Virus record (IMG/VR): IMGVR_UViG_3300008261_000246
Coordinates: 1-31,407 of that record
DNA length: 31,407 bases
From: a virus
Taxonomy: Duplodnaviria > Caudoviricetes
Direction: 5' to 3' (one strand)
This document shows positions 9,000 to 16,800 of the stretch, one piece after another. Position 1 is the stretch's first letter; the number at the start of each line of letters is the position of its first letter. The position numbers were made by a program, and so were the translations under genes. The notes under the pieces were generated by a model. The model searched no databases, was not told the origin of the DNA, and worked only from the letters and a program-made list of their open reading frames with translations.

Positions 9000-9275
9000 G
9001 CACGCATATACTATCGAAGTGTTTGCGACGGTTGTGCTAGGGGAACCACAGTATTAGATCCTAGATGGGCACGTAGTGGTTATAAAAAGAAAAATAAATG
9101 TGATAAGTGCGGGTTTACTAGCAGTCAAGCAATGGTCTTTGATGTGTACCACGTTGATGGGAATCTAAACAACTGCGCACACAGTAATCTTAAAACAGTG
9201 TGCGCAAATTGTCAAAGAATGCTGGTCAAGCAGGGACTAGGGTGGAAGCAAGGCGATTTGACACCAGATCTTTGA
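9000..9275 (+). pseudogene. 5'-truncated HNH/zinc-finger endonuclease-like gene
   Basis: Not in the ORF track. The open frame reads ARIYYRSVCDGC...KCDKCGF...YHVDGNLNNCAHSNLKTVCANCQ...WKQGDLTPDL*, an H.DG...NN...NL...C..C HNH pattern. There is no start codon between the in-frame TAA at 8970 and the conserved-looking part. Confidence 0.7.
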
Positions 9276-9888
9276 TTTGTAAAAACAAATCGTCTATGGA
9301 TCCGTTATTATCAAACTCTGCGTCAAACTTAGTGCCAACCCAAGCAGTTTCACTTGCATGAATTCCTGCTTGCTCTAGTTTTGATTTACTAGTAGCCCAA
9401 GTAAAGTTTTGAACTTCACCCTTGTTTACGCTCAGTGCCCAGTCATACCAATCTGGAAGTTCACCGCGTTTAACCCACACAATAATACCGCCAGCGTTTC
9501 TAATTGATTTGATTTCATTAGGGAAACGACAGTCACTAATCACAATATCGTCAGTGCTTGTACGTAGTTTGTTTTCCAAGCTGGCAATCCAGATATCATC
9601 GTGGAAGCCTTTACGACAGACTTCTGTACCCCATAGTTGTAGCATTAAGCGTGGTGTAAGATTTGGCATGTTTAAGCGTTCTGCCCACCAAGTGTCCACT
9701 TGTTCACGCCATTCACGGGCTTGCTTAGTTCGCCCTTCTAGCATGGTTCTGTCCCAACCAAATACCTGTGCCACAGCATCTTTCAAGCTGTTGGCAAAGC
9801 TCTCTCTTCTAAAACCGTGAAAATTTACCAAGTAATCAGCAACTGTGTCTTTACCGCTGCCAATGAATCCGCAAACACCTATAATCAT
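9226..9888 (-). CDS. Deoxynucleoside monophosphate kinase (T4 gp1-like)
   Basis: P-loop IIGVCGFIGSGKDTVA, plus SFA..LK, TPR..LQ..GTE..R, I.D.RF.NE and H.SE motifs of phage dNMP kinases. Confidence 0.9.
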   Translation of the reverse strand: MIIGVCGFIGSGKDTVADYLVNFHGFRRESFANSLKDAVAQVFGWDRTMLEGRTKQAREWREQVDTWWAERLNMPNLTPRLMLQLWGTEVCRKGFHDDIWIASLENKLRTSTDDIVISDCRFPNEIKSIRNAGGIIVWVKRGELPDWYDWALSVNKGEVQNFTWATSKSKLEQAGIHASETAWVGTKFDAEFDNNGSIDDLFLQIKDLVSNRLASTLVPA

Positions 9889-9912
9889 AGCACCCCCTAA
9901 GTGATACTATAT

Positions 9913-9941
9913 ATTTTATATTGTTTGTATTAGAAAGTCAA
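9913..9941 (-). promoter_or_regulatory. Sigma70-type (early) promoter for the dNMP kinase
   Basis: TTGACT (9941-9936), 17 nt spacer, TAAAAT (9918-9913), then an AGGGGG SD before ATG 9888. Confidence 0.75.
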
Positions 9942-9950
9942 GTAAAATGG

Positions 9951-10687
9951 TTAACCAATAATCCAGGTATAACCACCCATTGCTGCCGCATCACCTTTCT
10001 TGAGTTCATCCTCAAGTTCTTTGATTCTAGCAATTGCTTCTGATTTTAGTGCGGTTCCGTTAAGTTGTGTTCCGCCTTGTGGGCTAGCAATAGTTCCAAA
10101 CTTCTCACGAGCTTCGCCTAGCATTAGTTTGCAATTGGCAAGTGTGTATTCTTTGATCCAAATATTGGCATAGGTGTCCTGTAAGAAAGCAAAATCTGGA
10201 CGCTTGTTATAGATTTGCAATAATACACGCTCGTTGCTTTGCGGACGTTGTTGAACAATTAACTTTCGTGTTGTAGGGTTAAATGTAAAATTGATAAAGC
10301 TACCAAACATTTTACCTACAACCCGCCCATATTGCTTGAACTTAGCAAATATGTGTTTGTGTAAGCTAAGTTAAACGGCTCAAACAAAGTTCCGCCATCT
10401 CCGCCACCAGTTCTAGATCCAATGCTTCTACGGAATATTTCACGCACCTGTATAATTTCTGCAGGAAGAATATACTCGTTTTGATCTCTAACCATGTCTA
10501 AAAATGCATAGCTTTCTTCTACACTGTTAGGACTGCGCTGGCGATATATAGCCAATGACTTTTCTAAAGCAGTTTCGTAATGAATTGGGTCCAATTCAAC
10601 ATCTACCATGCCGTCCGCTAGGAAAGCCTTGCAGTAATTGAAGACCTTTTCTTTTTCATCTTTTAGAATATCGATTTGTTCACTCAT
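9951..10687 (-). pseudogene. gp13: Neck protein (T4 gp13-like), split into two frames at about 10316 (deletion/frameshift or assembly error)
   Basis: The N-part (10316..10687: VDVELD..HY, Y.LP.EI..V) and C-part (9951..10310: WIKEYTLA.CK..LGEAR.KF..I..P.GG..LNG..LK.EA......L) are the two halves of one gp13-type protein. The junction reads GGG TTG TAG in one frame and GTA GGT AAA ATG in the -1 frame. Confidence 0.75.
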
Positions 10688-10692
10688 GCTTA

Positions 10693-10720
10693 TATTTACC
10701 TTATCCTATTACAATAAATA
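10693..10720. promoter_or_regulatory. Divergent back-to-back late promoters (GGTAAATA minus, AATAAATA plus)
   Basis: Minus strand: GGTAAATA-taagc-ATG(10687). Plus strand: AATAAATA-catcact-ATG(10728). Both lie in a 40-nt intergenic gap. Confidence 0.65.
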
Positions 10721-10727
10721 CATCACT

Positions 10728-11957
10728 ATGCCAAGACTAAGCCTATACAAACCAGAAAAAGCACATGACTATAAATTCCTAGACGGAGCTATCCTAGAGC
10801 AATTTATGGTTGGTGGAACTGATATTTACATCCACAAGTATTTGGGGCCTAAAGATCCTATTGAAGGAACTGCGAGCCCTGCACAACCCAATAACGGGAA
10901 CGCAATTGCGGAGCTAGGAATACAGGATCTTTTATTACTAGAAAATAGAGATAGAAAATACAGCGATGATGTGTTCGTGATGCGTTGCATTTATAATATG
11001 CAACAACTGGATTGGAGTCTAACACAATTTGGACTTTTCCTAGCACAAGACACAATTTTTATTCACGTACATCTTAATGATAGCGTAAAACGTATTGGGC
11101 GTAAAATTATGGCAGGCGATGTATTAGAACTCCCTCACCTAAAAGATCCATATGCGCTTAACGATGCACAAGTAGCTTTGAGAAGATTTTATGTAGTTGA
11201 TGATGTATTGCGTCCAACAGAAGGTTTCAGTCAAACTTGGTATCCGCACTTGATTAAATTAAAATGTAAACCACTAGTTGATTCACAAGAATTTAAAGAC
11301 ATATTGGACAAGTCTGCAGAAGATCCATTAAGTCCATATGCTCCAACAGATGATCAAATGGCACTAAGAGATTTAATGAGTTCTTATAACACCAACTTAG
11401 ATATCAATCAAAAGATTATTGAGCAAGCTGAACTTGAAGCTCCATATAGTGGCTACAGTACTGAAAACTTATGGATGGTGCCTGTTGATAGAAACGGCAA
11501 GGTCATGTTAAATGATGCAAGTCAAACACTAGTTGATGCCAGTACTTTGGGATTAGATACTAGCGTGACTTTAAAAACTCCTAGACAAAATTATTATCTA
11601 GGTTATATGGTGGGTGACAATGTACCACCAAATGGATTTAAATTAACAGGTGATGCAACTAGTCCTAATGGCATGGGTGCGCAATTCCCATCTAATCCAG
11701 AAGAAGGAAACTTCTTCCTAAGAACAGATTTTATGCCAAGTAGATTGTTTAGATATGACATAGGCAAGTGGTCAGTATTTGAAAATAATGTGCGTATGAC
11801 CATGACCAACAATTCAACACGCATGACACAAAAGACTAGTTTTATTAACAACAAGAATAAAACAACAATTGGCAACAAAGAGATTAACGAGCGCCAGTCA
11901 ATATCTAAACCTTTAGAGATTGGTAAAAATTTAAAACCAAAGGCGGATAACCCATAA
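10728..11957 (+). CDS. gp14: Neck/head-closure protein (T4 gp14-like) with a C-terminal extension
   Basis: G.DIYIHKY, DLLLLENRDRKY, L.QFGLFL..D.IFI..H, GDVLELP resemble gp14. It lies upstream of the gp15-like gene. Start reassigned to ATG 10728 (MPRLSLY), just after the TAAATA box. Confidence 0.7.
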   Translation: MPRLSLYKPEKAHDYKFLDGAILEQFMVGGTDIYIHKYLGPKDPIEGTASPAQPNNGNAIAELGIQDLLLLENRDRKYSDDVFVMRCIYNMQQLDWSLTQFGLFLAQDTIFIHVHLNDSVKRIGRKIMAGDVLELPHLKDPYALNDAQVALRRFYVVDDVLRPTEGFSQTWYPHLIKLKCKPLVDSQEFKDILDKSAEDPLSPYAPTDDQMALRDLMSSYNTNLDINQKIIEQAELEAPYSGYSTENLWMVPVDRNGKVMLNDASQTLVDASTLGLDTSVTLKTPRQNYYLGYMVGDNVPPNGFKLTGDATSPNGMGAQFPSNPEEGNFFLRTDFMPSRLFRYDIGKWSVFENNVRMTMTNNSTRMTQKTSFINNKNKTTIGNKEINERQSISKPLEIGKNLKPKADNP

Positions 11958-13408
11958 TGGATTTCTTTTACGACGGACAAATACGAAGATATCTTACTCA
12001 ATTCATAAGAGCGTTGAGTGGATTTCATTATCAAGACGGAGAGGGTAATCTAAAGCAAGTACCTGTACGCTTTGGTACACTCAACAAACAAGCCGCATCT
12101 ATTCTTAGACAAAATAGTGAAAACTTTTTAATGCAGGCGCCTTTTATTAGTGCATACATTGAAAATTTAGAATTAAGTCGTGCAAGGATGCAAGATCCCA
12201 CGTATGTGAGCAAAGTGCATGTTATTGAACGCGAGTATGGTTACACTGATGAAGATGTTGACAGTCCTACTTACGGAAGATATATTGAAGACTATGCCGC
12301 AAAGCGTGGTGCAGACGTGACCGTTGAACGTCTAATGCCAAATCCATATCAGCTAAGTTTAAAAGCAGACATATGGACTACCAACATTGATCAAAAATTA
12401 CAAATTTTAGAACAAATAGTTGTACTGTTTAATCCTGCTATTGAATTACAAACTACTAGTAACTATTTAGATTGGACCAGTTTGACCACATTAGAGTTAA
12501 TGGAAATTAACTATACTAACCAAACTATTCCAACAGGCGATCAAGATTTAGAAATTGCCAGTTTAAAATTTATGGCTCCCATTTGGTTGAGCCCGCCAGC
12601 AAAAGTCAAACGTCAAGGTGTTATTACAAGTATTATTGCTAGGGTGTTTGATGAAGAGGGCAACATTACAAACGACTTGTTAGCGGGCAGTATGATTAGT
12701 AGGCAAGTGATCACCTTGTATGGTTATGGAGTAATGATTACTAATAATTCTTCTAGCGGTAGTCCACAGTATATTGCCAAACTACTTGGCAATGTTGAAG
12801 GTGTTACTAATACATTTGACACACAAATTTCTAAGCTAGGACAAAATATTAATTGGAGAGAAATTTTAGAACGCTATCCAGGAAAATTTGTTGCTGGATA
12901 CAGTAAGTTACAATTGACCAAGGCAGATGGAAAAATTGCATCTGGTACACTAAGTTTAGATTCTGCTGATGAAACAATAATGCATCTAACTTTTGATAAT
13001 CAAAGTCTTCCAACTAACACACTAATTGCAGGTGCTGGAGCAATAACTGCCGCAAGAGGCACAGTGGATGCGATCGTAGATCCTACTCGTCCACTACCAG
13101 CATCTAAAACTGTAGACATGAGATTTTTAATATTAGAAGAAATAAATCCTGCAAGTATTGTAGATTTTGCAGACAGTGTTCCTTATTTTAGAAATGCAAA
13201 TGGCACTACATTTTTAAGAGCTAATGCAAACGATATAATACAATGGGATGGCGCCACTTGGCATGTAATTTTCAATAGTGGAACACAAACTGGTCCAACA
13301 TTCATAACTAATGCTTATACAGGTATACAATACAAATGGTCTGGCGGCACTTGGACTAAGAGTATGGAAGGAACCTTTGATAAGGGAAGTTGGCAAATTA
13401 TTTTATGA
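11957..13408 (+). CDS. gp15: Tail sheath stabiliser/terminator (T4 gp15-like) with a C-terminal extension
   Basis: FFYDGQIRRY..QF...., VPV.FG, P.PY.L....DIW......LQILEQI..LFNP are typical gp15 motifs. TAATG coupling to gp14. Confidence 0.82.
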   Translation: MDFFYDGQIRRYLTQFIRALSGFHYQDGEGNLKQVPVRFGTLNKQAASILRQNSENFLMQAPFISAYIENLELSRARMQDPTYVSKVHVIEREYGYTDEDVDSPTYGRYIEDYAAKRGADVTVERLMPNPYQLSLKADIWTTNIDQKLQILEQIVVLFNPAIELQTTSNYLDWTSLTTLELMEINYTNQTIPTGDQDLEIASLKFMAPIWLSPPAKVKRQGVITSIIARVFDEEGNITNDLLAGSMISRQVITLYGYGVMITNNSSSGSPQYIAKLLGNVEGVTNTFDTQISKLGQNINWREILERYPGKFVAGYSKLQLTKADGKIASGTLSLDSADETIMHLTFDNQSLPTNTLIAGAGAITAARGTVDAIVDPTRPLPASKTVDMRFLILEEINPASIVDFADSVPYFRNANGTTFLRANANDIIQWDGATWHVIFNSGTQTGPTFITNAYTGIQYKWSGGTWTKSMEGTFDKGSWQIIL

Positions 13409-13728
13409 ACGACATAGTCTGTAGTGGGGCACTTTTTTACGCTAAATCAACTGAAATAGTTGAAGAAATTGGCACAATGCCAGATGTCAAAAAGACCATT
13501 CCACTAGAGCTTTTTGTCAGTAAAGATGATAAATTCTTCTACCATACATATCTAATGATTGTAGAGGACGAATTTATACCCAAGCTCAACCGAGAGCATA
13601 AAGGTTGGTGCTGGTCAGAAATGGATCATTCACCTAAACCCTTGCATCAGGGGCTAAAAAGTAGCTTTTCTAATAAGATTATTAGAACCAAACTAGAAAC
13701 AGTATTTGACTTAATCAACATCATTTGA
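13405..13728 (+). pseudogene. Nudix hydrolase-like gene lacking the first half of the Nudix box (in-frame internal deletion)
   Basis: MNDIVCSGALFYAKST|EIVEEIG...FIPKLNREH.G.CW...P.PLH.GL. It keeps the EUXEEXG half of GX5EX7REUXEEXGU and the LN.EH..W tail, but has no GX5EX7R. ATGA coupling to gp15. Confidence 0.65.
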
Positions 13729-13753
13729 CCTTTTAAGTATTGGTTTGAAAGTT

Positions 13754-13761
13754 GGTAAATA
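13754..13761 (+). promoter_or_regulatory. Putative late promoter (GGTAAATA) for the fibre operon
   Basis: TAAATA core followed by a GAGGA SD and ATG 13787. Confidence 0.55.
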
Positions 13762-13786
13762 GTACTATTAAGAGGATTTAAATGAG

Positions 13787-16528
13787 ATGACGCCGCTACG
13801 TTCAATTAGACTCGTCCCAAACGACAGCGATTTTTTAGACAGTAGATTTAACAATGGTGATCTGTACTACGATGCAGAGCAAAAAACATTGGTGCTTTTT
13901 GACGGGCTAGTCAAGGGCGGAATCCCACTTTTAAGAGCAGATTTAACCAACGCTAAAAGCGGTCTTGGTGTAGCAGTGGCGCAAAATCCCCCACAAAACA
14001 GTCGTAGCGGCAGTTTGTGGTTCAATACCAACACTGGTGTATTGTACGTTTATGTAGATGACGGTGATAGTAATCAATGGGTGCAACCTGCAATGCCACA
14101 ATTTGGTCAGGCAGGTGGTGGCGGAGGTGGTGGCGGAGGCGCATCAGCACTAACGCAACTTACAGATGTTAGCGTAGTAGGCAGTCCGTCAGTTGGACAG
14201 GTATTGAAATGGAATGGTGCGTTTTGGACCAACAGTGCTGATCTACAAGGAACCAGTAGTGGTGCAGATACCACACTAACTCCAAAAGTAACGTATGTTG
14301 TTACCATAGTTTCGCCTCAAGCTCCTGACATTGGTAACAAGTATAGAATTAATGGGGAATATAAACCCTCATTAATCTTACAGCGTGGGTACACCTACGT
14401 GTTTGATCAAAGTGATGATACAAACGTATATTTTCCTAATGCAAACGGAACAACTCCAAACCCGCACAATTTAAATTTTAGCGCAGATCAATTAAATGGT
14501 GAAAGAGATGGCGGTACTGCATTTACAACCAATGTAGTTTATAAATTAGATAATGTTGTTGTTACTAGAGCAGTATATAACGGCACTGCTTTTAATGGAG
14601 CAACTAATAGAAGTGTAGAAATAACCATAGGAAATAATTTTCCAACTACAATGTATTATTGGTGCTATAACCATCGTAATATGGGTTCTAATATACACTT
14701 TGTAAATCCAAGATTAATTAGTTTGTCTGACGTTGCTGTGTCTGGACCAACTAACGGTGAAGTTTTAAAATATGATGGAACACAATGGGTTAATGCACCT
14801 GACTTGAGCGGAAGTTCAGCTAGTGATAGTTTTAGAACTATTTCTATTGCAGGGCAAGCTAACGTTGTTGCTGATAGTCCAACAGATACTTTAACATTAG
14901 TTGCTGGTAGTAATATTACATTAACTTCAAACTCAACTGCTGATACTATTACTATTGCAGCCACAGCACCAACACCTACCACATATACATTTAATACACA
15001 AACATCAGCAGGTGGTGTGAAAGTAAGACTTGCTGGTTCTGATAACACTACACAAGATGTTTTGTTTGAAGAAGGCGCAAACGTTAGTTTAACTAGAGTT
15101 GATGCTAATACCATTAGTATTAGTGCAAGTTTATCAGGTGCAGGCGTTGCTACGTCATTCAGTACTATTGCAGTTAGTGGTCAACCTAATGTGATTGCAG
15201 ACTCAAGTGCAGACACATTAACACTGGTTGCAGGAACAAACATCAGTCTTGTGACTGATGGAGCAACTGATACTATCACTATCAACAATACGCAAACTGT
15301 TACACAACAAAATACGTTTGCTAACATTATTGTACAAGCACAACCTACAGTGACTGCTGACATACCAGCAGACAACTTAACATTTGTAGGTGCTGGCGGT
15401 ATAACAATCACTACTAACGCAACCACTGACACTATAACATTTACTGGTCCAACTGTTCCTGCTACATTAGACGACTTAACAGATGTGCAAATTAGTAGCA
15501 CTCCATCAGATGGCCAAGTATTAAAATATAACGCTGCCTTGGCACAATGGGTTCCCGGAACTGACAATGCTGGTGCTGGAGGTGCGGCAAGTAATAGTTT
15601 TGAAACAATTGCAGTTGCTGGTCAGACCAGTGTTGTAGCTGATGCTACTACTGACACGTTGACTCTTGTTGGTGCTGGTGGCATAACAATCACTACAAAC
15701 GCAACCACTGATACTATAACATTAACTGGTACTCCAGGTGCATCTACCTTAGACGATTTAACTGATGTAGCAATTGGCGGTGTAGGAAATAATTTAAGTT
15801 TAGGACAAATTTTGTATTATGATGGTGTTAGCTGGAAAAATTACCCAACATTTACATTGGACAGAATTGTATTATCAGCAAGTACATCATTAGACGTTGT
15901 TAACAATAGTTTGTTATCCTATACTTTTACTAATTTTACAGGTACTACTGATAATCCAACATTGTATTTTAAAGCTGGACAAACCGTTGCATTTAATTTA
16001 AACACACTACAAGGAACACATCCATTTGCAATTCTAGATCAAGCAGGTGCAAATTATAATACTGGTCTAGTTCACATTAGTAGAGATGGTATCGTAAGTA
16101 CTGGTTCAAGTGCTCAAGCCAAGATTAGTGGCACATTATATTGGCAGATTCCTCGAGACACTGTAGGAAGATATCAATATATTTGTACTCTGCATCCTGC
16201 GATGGTTGGTAATATTTTTATTGAGCCGGCAAATGAGATTGATACTAGTGGATCACTAACAATTGACTGCCGAACAGCAAAAACGTTTTATTACGCGGTT
16301 ACTGGTCCTGCTACTATTACTGTTACCAACGTCATTCCTGGAGTTGAAACTCCAATATATGTTTATAATAACACTGGTGGTATTGCTAACGTGACACTAC
16401 AGGGCGGTACTAATGCCGTAATAGTTGGTAGTCAGAACGTTTTTTCAATAACCGCAGGAATAATAAAACGACTAACCATACTTGGTATTGGTGGTGCTGG
16501 TAATAACTCTTTCGTGGTAGGACAATAA
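13787..16528 (+). CDS. Long fibre/virion structural protein with internal repeats and two cupredoxin-like domains
   Basis: 913 aa, T/G/N/A-rich. Four L.DV....P..GQVLK(W/Y)(N/D)G..W repeats and four F.TI.V.GQ..V.AD...DTLTLV.G..I...T.A..DTIT repeats. Two domains end in YYWCYNHRNMG and YQYICTLHPAMVG. Confidence 0.8.
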   Translation: MTPLRSIRLVPNDSDFLDSRFNNGDLYYDAEQKTLVLFDGLVKGGIPLLRADLTNAKSGLGVAVAQNPPQNSRSGSLWFNTNTGVLYVYVDDGDSNQWVQPAMPQFGQAGGGGGGGGGASALTQLTDVSVVGSPSVGQVLKWNGAFWTNSADLQGTSSGADTTLTPKVTYVVTIVSPQAPDIGNKYRINGEYKPSLILQRGYTYVFDQSDDTNVYFPNANGTTPNPHNLNFSADQLNGERDGGTAFTTNVVYKLDNVVVTRAVYNGTAFNGATNRSVEITIGNNFPTTMYYWCYNHRNMGSNIHFVNPRLISLSDVAVSGPTNGEVLKYDGTQWVNAPDLSGSSASDSFRTISIAGQANVVADSPTDTLTLVAGSNITLTSNSTADTITIAATAPTPTTYTFNTQTSAGGVKVRLAGSDNTTQDVLFEEGANVSLTRVDANTISISASLSGAGVATSFSTIAVSGQPNVIADSSADTLTLVAGTNISLVTDGATDTITINNTQTVTQQNTFANIIVQAQPTVTADIPADNLTFVGAGGITITTNATTDTITFTGPTVPATLDDLTDVQISSTPSDGQVLKYNAALAQWVPGTDNAGAGGAASNSFETIAVAGQTSVVADATTDTLTLVGAGGITITTNATTDTITLTGTPGASTLDDLTDVAIGGVGNNLSLGQILYYDGVSWKNYPTFTLDRIVLSASTSLDVVNNSLLSYTFTNFTGTTDNPTLYFKAGQTVAFNLNTLQGTHPFAILDQAGANYNTGLVHISRDGIVSTGSSAQAKISGTLYWQIPRDTVGRYQYICTLHPAMVGNIFIEPANEIDTSGSLTIDCRTAKTFYYAVTGPATITVTNVIPGVETPIYVYNNTGGIANVTLQGGTNAVIVGSQNVFSITAGIIKRLTILGIGGAGNNSFVVGQ

Positions 16529-16529
16529 G

Positions 16530-16799
16530 ATGCAAACATTAGGAATATGGCAATATACAATAACTGAGAACGGCACACGTCAAGCCTCAGATGGTAGTAC
16601 TAATCCTCTTTATGATTTAACACTGTTTAATACTGTGACGAATACTGCAATTAAAATGGACCAATTAACTAGAATTTTTGAAAGAAATGATTTTTTCCAA
16701 ATGTTGTGGGACGAGTCACAACATTCAATCAACGGCGGCTATAATTGCTGTTTAGAAAATAGAGTACACGTAGTTGATGTTACAGGATTAGGAGAATAA
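16530..16799 (+). CDS. Small hypothetical protein between two fibre genes
   Basis: 89 aa ORF filling the gap exactly, 1 nt from each neighbour. Confidence 0.7.
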   Translation: MQTLGIWQYTITENGTRQASDGSTNPLYDLTLFNTVTNTAIKMDQLTRIFERNDFFQMLWDESQHSINGGYNCCLENRVHVVDVTGLGE

Positions 16800-16800
16800 T

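Noticed and set aside
10316-10318. TAG stop-codon reassignment (genetic code 15) explaining the gp13 break
   Set aside because: Reading through the TAG gives an unrelated peptide and a TAA soon after, because the C-half is in another frame. All other genes are intact under code 11.
13782-13790. ATG AGA TGA minigene overlapping the fibre start
   Set aside because: A two-codon ORF arises easily by chance, and nothing else supports a regulatory role.
15380-15730. Nucleotide direct repeats in the 913-aa fibre as an invertible or shufflon system
   Set aside because: They are direct in-frame domain duplications (VGAGGITITTNATTDTIT), with no inverted sites or recombinase.
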